From: Sarea resinae
Lineage: Eukaryota
Assembly: GCA_026026165.1 (NCBI GenBank)
Contig: JAPEUD010000026.1
Span: forward strand, 62,001 to 126,000
DNA length: 64,000 nt
Reading direction: 5' to 3'
The notes under the pieces were generated by a model. The model was not told the DNA's origin and searched no databases. It was given only the letters and a program-made list of their open reading frames with translations. The translations under genes and the position numbers were made by a program. The stretch's first letter is position 1. Every line of letters begins with the position of its first letter. Below are positions 13,530 through 24,949 of this stretch, piece after piece.

Positions 13530-14140
13530 GTTGTATCGATGCGACTTTAAGGTAGATTCTAATGTGTCTAGTCTTATAAAGATAGACATCATTGAGTCAG
13601 TATTGACTTATTCCTAGATAGCTTATATCTTATATCACGATAGGGTAGATTACTATACTCTTGCTTTCTTATATAGCTAGAACATCTAGAATGAAAACTT
13701 TTCTTAGAGGGTTTAATATCTTTAGTGGATATATTAGGATAGATATGTAAACTCTAAGGTAGTAAATAGGCAAATTTGTTCCTATAGGCGCTGAAAAGAC
13801 AACTACCTAAGGTATGATCTGGCTTGTCTAGGTCATACCTATTTGCCTACTAGGTATAAAGCGCAGCGCTCTTTACAGCTTCTTAAATCCATATTATTAC
13901 TAACATACCTATATCAATATACTTACTACGCATTAGGTGATTTACTACTAGATAGTCTATTATTTCTGGTAGAAGCCTTTTTGGAAAACAAGAGTAAAGT
14001 ATGATGATAATATTCTTGAGGAAATTAATATACAGTACTATAGTGAATAACGTAAATAGAGGTAGAGTAGTTCCGAGGTACCTAGTACTTTGTAGCCACT
14101 CGACTAAGAGAAGATGGTGGCTACTCCTGCCGCTGTACAC
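13530..14140. repeat. Small RIP-mutated relic of unknown origin
   Basis: Local switch to AT-rich, TpA-rich sequence (e.g. CCTAGATAGCTTATATCTTATATC) between two normal-composition genes. Confidence 0.5.
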
Positions 14141-15207
14141 CCGGTGTATCTAAGAGTCACGTACGTCGCGCTACTGTGCACAATAATCTACCTAAGAGTA
14201 CCGTACCGGAGACACACCAGACACCGCTAAAGTCTCTATAAGGGATAGAAGGTAGGTACCTACCTATCTATCGATCTTTGAGTAGGCTCTTCTCCGGAGT
14301 ACCCAGCTTGCAACCGTTCTAACTGCTAGAGGAATGATCGTGGGTACCCTGCATTAGGTCCCAGGGGTCTTCCCACGAGAGTCTCTGGCGGGGAGACAGA
14401 GTGACAGGACAAGCTCTATTGCTAACGAGGTCTCCTAATGGACAACGGTGGTGCCCGGTCTACGGAGTACGGTACCTTGTATGATATTCATGTACGGAGT
14501 AAGGCGCCGAGTACCAATACTTCTTCGTACGTGTCGGGTACCTTTAGTACCTATGATTCAAGGCTTGGTGCCTCTTAGGCTCCATTCCAGAAGCAAAGGA
14601 AGGAAACTACGATTGCTTGCACCTGCATCTAGAAGCAGTCCCTTGTCGTCCGTTTACTTACGAGTACGTTCCCTGCCATGGTACTTCTACCGCGACAGGA
14701 TCTACTCTACTCGTCGAGTGCCTTATGGACTGGAGGTGAGCTGGTACGATTAAACACAGAGCTGCGGGCAAGATCTCCAGCGATTCTTTCGATTCTTTAG
14801 AGCATCTCGTGAAATGCTCGGATACCGTAATCTTTCTGCTCGAGGTGGTGCCGTCAGGTAAGGTGGGTAGGTATGTAGAAGACGTTGCTACTTCTGCCTT
14901 CGGAGACGGGAACTTCAAGAGCTGTTCCGCTTCGCGGCACCCCACTACCTACCTACCTACTACTTACTCACCTACCACCTACCTACTTCATACGGCGCCA
15001 CTTTCCTACGCCTCTTTACCTGCGAAGTCGCGCTATCTCTCATCTGCTTCAATCCTTTCACGACACCTTTACTCCTTTCTTGCTTCTTGCTACTATGTTC
15101 AAGATATCAATAGAGGTATAACGTTGGCACTGCGGTCTTGGAGTTTCCTTCTCGTTCACTCTTGAACTTCTCCGGAAGTGGACGTCGCTTCCTCCGCGGC
15201 CACCACG

Positions 15208-17736
15208 ATGTCCTCCTTCTTCGGCAGATTCAAGCCCAACACGGTCAGTTACTCCGCATGTATTTAACGCCTGGAAATTCTGTGCGGTTCGGACGATGGA
15301 GGATAGCAGCCTTATTCACGGGGGCCCGGGAGTTCCGACGTCTTTTTATGGCGCCTATCTAGTGGCTGACCTCTGATGGCAATGTAGAACCATACAAATG
15401 CGACCGTTGGATCATCTACCGTGAGGAAGGACGGACCACAGCCAACTCCTTTGGAGAGGCTTCTTGTGGACGCAGGGCCTCTACGCAACGATGGCAGTGA
15501 CAAATTTTGGGGCCTGGAAAATGTAAGCCGTGCAATCCGAGAGCACAACGAACTTCGATGCTGACTTTACTTCTATACAGTTTGGTAATACTTGGTATGT
15601 CATCTACGCCTCGAAAGAATACACTGCCGAGGCTGATCGCTTTGCTATAGTTACTGCAACTCCATTCTCCAATGCCTCTACTACTCGGTACCTTTCCGAG
15701 AACAAGTCATAAACTATCCTATGCGATCTCCGGCCGAAATCCTCGAACAATCTCGTAGCGGAGCACCAAGTGTCAGCAATGAGACGTCAAGTTCTGCCGA
15801 AGGCACCGCCGTTGGCGCATCACAAGCAAAAAGAGGGACTGGATCTGCTGGCGTCCCTGCTCGGAAATCTGTTCAGAATCCTGGGACGACAGGGACGGCT
15901 GGCAATAGACCCGACGATAATAAAGAATATGCCAGAGAGTCTCCCGAATGGAAGAAAAAGCAAGCTCTGGCGACAGGCCCTGTTCTGTCGATGGATTATG
16001 AAAACGCTTGGAGGTACGGCATGTCAGAGTCATTATTTACATGCTTGAAGGACATATTTGAGGCGATCATTGCGCACGAGTCGAGGATAGGAGTGGTCAG
16101 CCCTCATAAATTCTTGGAAATATTGCGGAACCAGAACGACATGTTTCGGACGGCAATGCATCAAGATGCACATGAATTCCTCAACATAGTCTTGAATGAG
16201 GTCGTGGCGAACGTCGAAGCTAAGTCTAAAGATTCTGAAGCAGAGAAACAAAGGAAGCTTATGGAGCAAGACGATTTGTCGACCGAGCAGCCCCCATCGG
16301 CGTCGGCAGACTCCGTCGCAAATGAACCACGGACACCCTTGAGCAACCCTGGCTGGGTGCATGAGCTCTTCGAAGGGACCCTTACATCGGAAACGAAGTG
16401 TCTGACTTGCGAAAATGTTTCGCAAAGAGACGAAGCGTTTCTTGATTTGTCAGTCGACCTGGAGCAGCATTCGTCGGTGACGTCATGCCTCCGCAAGTTC
16501 TCTCAGGAAGAAATGCTCTGTGAGCGAAATAAGTTCCATTGCGATAAGTGTGGAGGCCTTCAAGAAGCTGAGAAAAGGATGAAAATAAAACGCCTACCGC
16601 GAATATTAGCTCTGCATCTAAAGAGATTCAAGTATACCGAGGACTTCGGTCGCCTGCAGAAGCTCTTTCATCGAGTTGTGTATCCATACCATTTGCGCTT
16701 GTTCAACACTACAGATGATGCCGAGGATCCGGATCGTCTCTATGAGTTATATGCTGTGGTCGTGCACATTGGAGGTGGTCCCTACCATGGTCACTACATT
16801 TCGATCATCAAGACTCAAGACCGGGGATGGCTACTATTTGATGATGAAATGGTCGAGCCAGTCGATAAAAGTTACGTGCGTAATTTTTTCGGGGATAAAC
16901 CTGGACTGGCCTGCGCCTACGTCCTTTTCTACCGAGAGACTACACTGGAAGATGTACTGAGAGAGCAAGAGGCTGAAGGGCTTGCTGCTGCTCATGCAGC
17001 ACAAATGGCGAAGGAGGGGGTCTTTACCGAAACGAAATCGAATGGCGTCTCTGTCAACGGCAGCCTTCATCACGTTCACACCGTCAGTGGCCCACTGCCA
17101 GAAGAGAAAGATAAATTTATCAGTCTAGACCATGCAGCCACAGCTCCCACGCAAACAGACTCAGGCGCACCGTCTCGACCTACTAAACCAGCGGGGCCAA
17201 TTCCATCTGCGTCCCTGCCTGGTCATTACCCCAAGACGAGCAAAATTCCTTCTCGCAAAGAACGTGCGAGGGAGGAGAAGGACAGAAAGGCAGCCGAGAA
17301 GGAAAGAGACAGGCAAGAGAAGCAGAAAGTCAAGGATCACGCTATGAAACGCAAGTTGGACGATAAAAAGCACCAAGAAGACTTCAGAGCCGCCATATCC
17401 GCTAGTAAGCAGACGAAGGTGGAAGAGGACTCGAAGACGGCGAAAGAAAATGGAAGCCAGGATAAGGAATTGGGTAGCGCTAGCGGCACGGCGAGCGGAG
17501 GTAAGAACCGGTTGAGACAGAGCAGCAAAAGCATCAGCAGGAAGTCACAGCTCTGGAATATAAAAGACAGAGATGATTCAGTAGATTTGAAGGACGTCGG
17601 CGTCCATGCGGATCTGTCCGCTGGAGCAGACGAGACAGATCAGCCGAGAGCACTTCCGGAGGCGACAGAAAGACATGATCGCCCGAAAACACACCGCTTC
17701 AGTCTGAGGAAAAAGCCTTCAAGCATGTTTTTCTGA
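15208..17736 (+). CDS. creB: Ubiquitin C-terminal hydrolase, CreB/Ubp9/Ubp13 (USP12/46) family
   Basis: [12 protein letters not shown] / ...[11 protein letters not shown] / FGNTC / [53 protein letters not shown]. Confidence 0.92.
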
Positions 17737-19269
17737 TGACAATAGCATGCGATGTGTTGGGCATAACGGCACATTGGTGGGGCACAGACGTGCGCCTTCT
17801 CATTTTTTCGGAAATTGGCGATCGATTGGATTTCTCTTCCACACAATCATTTTTCGTATATGGGCATATTGTGTGTATACCACCTAGCGGGAATCATGGC
17901 AGGCGTTCTACATGGCATTCTCCGATAGTTACTTAAATCACTAGGTAGGTCAGCCTGGAGCAGGAAAAGGTTTCATTCAGAGTTACTCGGACTAGGTATA
18001 TACACATTGCAGGCGTTGATTTCCTGCTCTTTTGGTGACAGCTGCGGAGTAGACAGAAGTTTCGAATCAGTTGCTTGCTGAGGTTATACCAACAAAGCAT
18101 GTGGCGATCATTCCACTTCGTGGATCGTCTCAAATTCAGATGAGGCGCGATATCCTATTTGACATAGCAGCTACTTTGTAAACTTCAGCAGCCTTCAGGT
18201 CCTATCAGTAGCCTTATGTTCAGGGCTAAGGCTCCCAGAAGCATGCCATTTACACAGATCATGACCCTTTTATGGACCCCGGAGTCTTTCGATATTTGAC
18301 GCCTATGTCGCCGTCTAATAATACCCGCCGCGAATGAAGACTCATTGAGGTATCATGTTCGGACATCCTCCAAGCGCAATATTCCAAAGCAGTTCCGTGG
18401 GCTGTCAATCCGCAGCCGTAGTGTTTTACTCTTGTAATGAGACCTTTCCGAAAACCCTCATCCTAAAACAAGTTCATATACTATCACGAGCGTATTTATT
18501 GCGATTAACGGTACTATAGTGGAAGCGTGTGAGCTTAACAAGCATCTTCGATGGAAAGTGGGCCACGTACTTCGCATCAGCGTTCGCACAGAAGCAATCA
18601 AATTCACAATCTTGGCCTTCACGCTCGTTGAGTCTGAGCTGGAACCAAATCCAGGTTCAGGGATGTTGTTGCCCCATCCAACTACAGCAGAGATTAGTGA
18701 CTGGTATCAATAGAGAACTGACATCGGGATCAGTAGCATACTCCTTGCCAGGAAACGGTCCTCGGATAGTATGGCTACTGCGTTGACGAGTAGTATGAGC
18801 ACTGTGCAGACTTAGCAGTTTGTTCATGTGAAATGTGGATGTTGAACTTACCGTAGAAGAGATTTCCAAGTCCAAAGAGCATCATTCTGTCGTCTTGGAC
18901 AACGCAATCAGGGCAGAGGCAGAAGAGGGCGACTTGACGGGAGCTGGACAAATGCGCCTGTGGTCCACGAGTTTGGTGTTGAGCTTCGACTCGGCTTACT
19001 TTCCCCTTACGGATGGAAGTACACATATCCATGCCAGACAAACCATGATAATCTCGTACCTACCTCACTTTAATAAGGGACAATACCAACCTTGAGCATC
19101 AGTCCATCATCAATTCACCTCAGTCTCTCGATCGAACATTAGAATTACTAGTACTGGTTTCAGAAAGATGTCGCTTTAGAATACGCCTTCCAATGCATCG
19201 CGAAACGTCCATGTTGATTATAGTCAAGTAGTTTGGAGCTATCGTAGCTTCTTCACAGCTTCTCAAGCT

Positions 19270-21152
19270 ATGGCTGCGGATTCACTGTTAGGTACCGCAT
19301 AGGGATGACCACCTACTAAGCAGATTGTCCTGACTTATTTACAGATAGCTTATGTGTGTTACTTATTCCTCTCTTCATACTGCTGCATCTCTACTACTCT
19401 CCTTTTACGAAAGTCGAAGAGTCATTCAATATTCAGGCAGCACATGACATTTTGACCTATGGCATTCCTACGGAACAGATCTCGGCCAATCTGCAGGCTG
19501 AATATGATCATGCCTCTTTCCCCGGGCAGGTGCCGCGGACCTTTGTTGGAGCTCTCGTGCTTGCTGGGCTATCGCGTCCTTGGATCAGTATCTTCAATGT
19601 TGATCGTCAATTTCTCGGTACGTAGTGTCCTGGGCGTGATATGCTCTTTGGCTGTCCGATTTCCTCGCTCCTGTATAGCAGTGTGGAAGCTAATAGAAGT
19701 GCAATAATCTAGTCAGGGCTGTCTTAGCCTCTTTGAACGCAATTGCCTTGGTATATTTCTGGCATAGAGTTCGCAAAGCATTTGGGAGAGGCGCCGGACG
19801 CTGGTATCTCCTATTCCAAGCAAGCCAATTCCACATCATGTACTACGCATCTCGAACATTACCAAACATGTTTGCTTTCGGGCTCAGTACGTCAAATTTT
19901 CCAATATTCTAGAGCCCCTCATTCATTGGCTCTAGGTACTCTGGCGCTGGGAAATCTTTTACCTCCCACTCTTCCTACCAGTCCGAAAGACGCCTCCGCG
20001 CGGCATCGACTGTCCATTTATCTTCTAACGATTGCTGGGGTAATTTTCCGTGGCGAGATAGCTATACTCTTAGCTACGGAAACAGCCTATCTTCTGTTAC
20101 AAAGAAAGGCTTCCTTAAGGAAGGAGATCATTCCTGCCGGCCTCTGTGGTTTCCTGATTGGCCTTCTAATGACCGTATCGATTGACTCCTTTTTCTGGAC
20201 GAATTTCCCCCTTTGGCCGGAGCTGGCGGGATTCTATTACAATGCAATTGAAGGGAAATCCTCCAATTGGGGGACCAGCCCTTGGAATTATTACATCGTC
20301 AATTCGCTTCCACGCCTGTTAATGAACCCTATTTCGTGGCAAGTGTGCATACCGTTGGCTGCAGGAATCCAAGCTACGAGGAAAAGGTGTCTCGATATCT
20401 TAATACCGTTGGGTTTCTTCGTGCTTATCTACAGTTTTCAGCCGCACAAGGAGTGGAGGTTTATAGTTTATGCGATCCCAGGCTTCACGGCGGTGGCAGC
20501 TACAGGCGCGTCTTGGATCTGGACGAGGAGAGCGAAATCATGGACATATCGGTTCTTGTCCCTCGCTCTAATAGCATCGACTATTGCATGCTTTCTGGCA
20601 AGTGCCGGCATGCTCGCCATCTCTCGCCTTAATTATCCCGGTGCTGAAGCCCTTATCCGCTTGCATGATCTCGCGCATGGCTCAAAAGGCATCATCGCCG
20701 TCCATCTTGACGACCTGAGTTGTACAACTGGGATTACACGGTTCTTGGAGATGCCTGCTCCCACTTCGTTCATGGCTGAAGGGCAGACTTCGTGGATCTA
20801 CGACAAGACCGAAGAGCCGCAAAAGTTACTTAGTCCGGAATTCTGGGCGCATTTTGACTTTGCTCTGATGGAAAGACCAGAGAAGGCGATTGGCGCATGG
20901 GAGATCGTCGAGGTCATCGATGGCTTCGCTGGCATCGGCCTGACAAAGCTTGGCGACAGAGATTTAGGGGATGTCGAAAATGCCAGGTCGCGGCCGTCAT
21001 CGGCAGAGACAGAAAGTAGCGAAGACATTGTTATGAGCCGGGGCTCATGGTTGAAAGAGGTCGAGAAGATTATTCGCGATAAGATTACGTCTGGCTGGTG
21101 GATTGAAGTGAAGATGAAGCCAATGATTAATATCATGAAAAGGCTGAGATAG
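19270..21152 (+). CDS. ALG12: Dol-P-Man alpha-1,6-mannosyltransferase (GT22), multi-exon
   Basis: [79 protein letters not shown]. Confidence 0.92.
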
Positions 21153-21360
21153 ATAGCAATATAATACAAAAGCTATTTCTAACATTCTCAGATCCTAATT
21201 TTATTAGCAAGGATAGAATCTGCCCTAACAGCTTCTAGAGGCCCTAGGAGGCTATAATAGCCTGTAAAGCCTATATTTCTTGCCTCATATAGGATCGTTT
21301 ATTCTATAGAGCTAATAAGCTTATAATAGCTATAGCAGACTCTATATTAGCAAAAAAGTG

Positions 21361-21761
21361 TGTTAAGAATTATAACCTTGATTCTAGTCAATCTTAAGTA
21401 TCTAGACTGTTACAGACTGTTATAGGACAGGATAGATACATCTAGAAGCTTCTACACACCTATAGAAGCTAATAGAATGTACTTGTAGACCCCTATAGAA
21501 TCTTATAGAACTTATATAACATAAGAGTTATATAACTATCCTCTGACTTTCTTACAAAGCATATGTTATTATTAGTTTATTGCTTACAAATCACTTATGT
21601 AATTAGTTATCACTAGAAGTTTCTAGTAGGTTAGTTAAGCCTATATATTGACTGCCTCACACCTTTATAGCTAAAACCTCTAAGTTAATAATATACAATT
21701 ATTCTATCCTATACTTCTTTAGCACCTTCCTCTACCTATATCTATGTGCTACCTTCTAACA
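21361..21761 (+). repeat. 5' LTR of Ty1/Copia element
   Basis: Starts TGTTAAGAA and ends TTCTAACA (short inverted termini). Immediately followed by GGTTATAAGCC, the RIP form of the fungal Copia primer-binding site GGTTATGAGCC. Its last ~70 bp recur at 41289-41360. Confidence 0.75.
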
Positions 21762-22469
21762 GGTTATAAGCCTTGTTAGCCTGCTAAAGAAGCCTCTCCT
21801 CCTATAATTTCGTGATTTTTTCACCTATAGCCACTAAAATTCCTTTGAAAAAGAGTTAACTTCCTCTCTTTCACCTAAAAAGACTAGGTCCTATACCTAG
21901 TAGTCTTTATAGTCCCTAGCTAGTTAATTATATAGCTTCTTAGAGACTATATAACTTAACTTACAGATAAGAACTACTTAGAGTAGACTGCTTAAACTAA
22001 GCCTATACTAATAGACATTGTATATACACACACTTAATAAGGATTTTCCTAATCCTTTCTGCTACCTTATAGGTATAATCCTCTTTAAAGAGAAACACCT
22101 ATAGGAGAGCAAGTTACATGCTTAATGTATGCTGCCTTTACCTAGATCCTATAGTACCTATAGCTTGTGTCTATAGAACTATAGCATAGCAGCTTGTGTT
22201 CTGCAAAGCAGCCTTTGTGCCGCAATTTTACGCACCTATAGAACTGTAACAGTTTAAAAGTCACAAAACAGCCTTTGTGTTTACCTTTTATACATCTATA
22301 AAACTTATAACAATAGTGCAAAAGCATAAGACACTCTTTATACAGCTGTTTCACACATCTATAGAAACTTCTATAGGTGTATAAAAGTTATACTAGTGTG
22401 ATTCTACTACTTGCAGTAGAATAAACTTAATAGCTAGTAGTCTATTTCTTTGAAATCAAGTAAGAGACT

Positions 22470-22847
22470 AGTAATTATAGCTATATCTAATCCTATATAT
22501 AAGACTAAGCTATAAGGCAGCTCTAACTAGGATTTATAGTCTATAAGGATAGAATCCCTGCTTATAGAGAAGGGCTATTTTAAAGTTATGTCTAAAGACT
22601 CTAATAATAGTATAGATTTAGATTCAGACTATTTTAGGGCAAAATCTGCAAAAGCTCTAGCCTATATTAGGCTTGCCCTAGCAGATAGCCTACTATTACA
22701 GACTAGATATTATATTAGTAGATCTATAAAAATTGTAGGCTAGTCTGTAATATCTCTATGAATCTAAGGGATTTAATTCTAAATTCCTAATTTAGAGAGA
22801 GTTGTTTAGTACAACACTTAAAAAATATAAGGATCTAAGAGACTATT
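22470..22847 (+). pseudogene. Copia gag N-terminal part (RIP-inactivated)
   Basis: Reads KL*GSSN*DL*SIRIESLLIEKGY...AKALAYIRLALADSLLLQTR...LYESKGFNSKFLI*RELFSTTL; de-RIP approximates KLQGSSNWDLWSIRMES...GPLLQ...GFSSEFL, typical of fungal Copia gag. Confidence 0.75.
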
Positions 22848-23399
22848 TAAGTGCCTCTAGGACTATTTCTAACACAGTTATAAGACAGTCTTAACATTGT
22901 AACAGTGTGTTTAAAACCTTTTATAAGTGTTTGTAGAGTAGCTGCTCTAACTAGATTTATTAATCTAATAGTTTTGCAGATAAGGCTTATAGACTAGATA
23001 AGGCTAGTCTAGTAACCTATTAACTAATAGTGTGTTAGTAGAATAATAACTAACCTAACTTAAGTAATCTATTATAATCTAATATATGACTAGAGGTCTA
23101 TAGATACTAATTAAATAATATATAGCTATAGCACTTTAGGTAATAATAAAAGGTAATAATAAAAGTAAGAGAAATATAAGATAATAGAAGTAATAGTAAT
23201 AAGGTTACTTTTCTACTATATAGTAGATAGTGTATTCTAATAGAAATATAGATACAATCTTAATAGTAGCTAGATCTAAATTATATAAGAGGCCTACTTA
23301 ACTAGAATTAGTATCTTATCTATTTATATCTAGTGTAGTCTTCTAACTACTTAAGAACCTAATTTATCCTTTAATAAGCTTAGGTTATATAAAGAGTTA

Positions 23400-24580
23400 T
23401 AATTTTTAGAGATAGTAGCACTATATTAGCGTTCCTTACCTTAATGTTTTTTAAGTAGGCTTAGGCTGCCTTTACTTACTACTATCTTCTCTCTTACTAA
23501 TATAGCAATTCTTAGTAACCTTACTATTATAATTTTTACTATTAAAGGTATTCCTTATCTTATTAGCACTTATATCTTTTATTAGACTTTGTTATAAGAG
23601 GATATAGCGTTTATAGTAGCAAATTATTATTAGGCTCTAAATTGTATTAGAGTTTAAGTTGCTTTAGTAATAGTAAATAATATTGCATGTAATATTAAAG
23701 CATTACTTAACTCTAACTGCTAAGACTAGAGCTACTAGAATATCTCTTACTACTTACTTAATAGTTAGGAGTTTAACTATAAAGTGTTACTAGAACTAAT
23801 TCTAAGTTAGTAAGTTTAAAGCGTTATAATATTTTATTACTTACTTTAAGTAGTGTTTAATAAGTAGTAGAGAAGATAGGTATAGAAAGGTATCTTATAG
23901 CCTTAGTAAGTTTTCTATTCTATACTATAGACTTCTACTAATCTATAAAAGCAAGTGAATTAAAGGTTAGATAAAGAGGTATTAGTATTAGAGTAATATA
24001 TAGAGTGCTACTCTTAAATTTCTAGTAGTTAGCTCTATAATACTATAGAAACTATTACTAATACTTCTTTATATAAGTTGCGCTCTAGTCTAGACTTTAG
24101 AAGAGTAGAAGAGAGAAGTTAGTAATATTACTATAAGTGTTATAAGATAGTATTACTTTATATATATTAAGTTTTTACTTTAGGTCTAGAATATAGGTAA
24201 GACTATATAGCTCTTTACTACTATCTGTTGTTATACTATAGTATTTGCTTAGGTAAGATAGTAAAGCCTTAATTACTTTACTAAGGCTTTATTTCTATAG
24301 AATATCTTTCTTTAAAAGCTAAGCCTTTTAAGACTTAAAGTAATTAAAGAGTTTTCTATATATAAACTAAGTAAGATAAATTATAACTCTACTAGTTATA
24401 GAAAAGGCTTTAGTCTACACTTTAAATAATTGTAGAATAGTAATTAGATATTCTACTTACTTCTACTTAGTATTATTTAATTAAAGTTTTTTAGTGATCT
24501 AAGATAATTCTTTGCTTTAAACTAGCTTATTAATTGCATATTATAGTACTAAAGCATAGGTAAGCATATTAAATGTTAAG
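23400..24580 (-). pseudogene. hAT transposase C-terminal fragment with dimerization domain (RIP-inactivated)
   Basis: Minus strand ~23630-23810 reads F**HF...VVRDILVALVLAVRVK*CFNITCNIIYYY*SNLNSNTI*SLII, approximately ARDILAVPVSAVGVERCFNIARDIIHYRRSNLNPDTIRSLM (hAT C-terminal dimerization motif). Confidence 0.8.
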
Positions 24581-24949
24581 TTCTATTAGTAAAAAAAGAA
24601 GAGGTCTATATAGATATAGTGTAGATATATAGTATATAGTACTAGTTCTATATAGATAGTAGTGCTACAGTATATCTACAGCGTTATATAGCGATATTAT
24701 AGTATATATACTTGTCTACTAGTAGATATAAAGGTAAATACATCTCTATATAGATATATATTGTCTTCTATATACTTATTATTAGGTTATATATAGTAGA
24801 TACTTATTATAATATCTCTATAGAACTTATATATACTATCTGTACTATATAGTGTCTACTAACAGCTATATAATATTAGGCAGTTGATTTTGTACTACAT
24901 AAGCTACATAAGCTATATAAGCTACACTAGAACTTCTATTAACTTCTGA

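Noticed and set aside
18500..19100. Short ORFs between creB and ALG12
   Set aside because: No recognisable motifs or coherent splice model; treated as intergenic.
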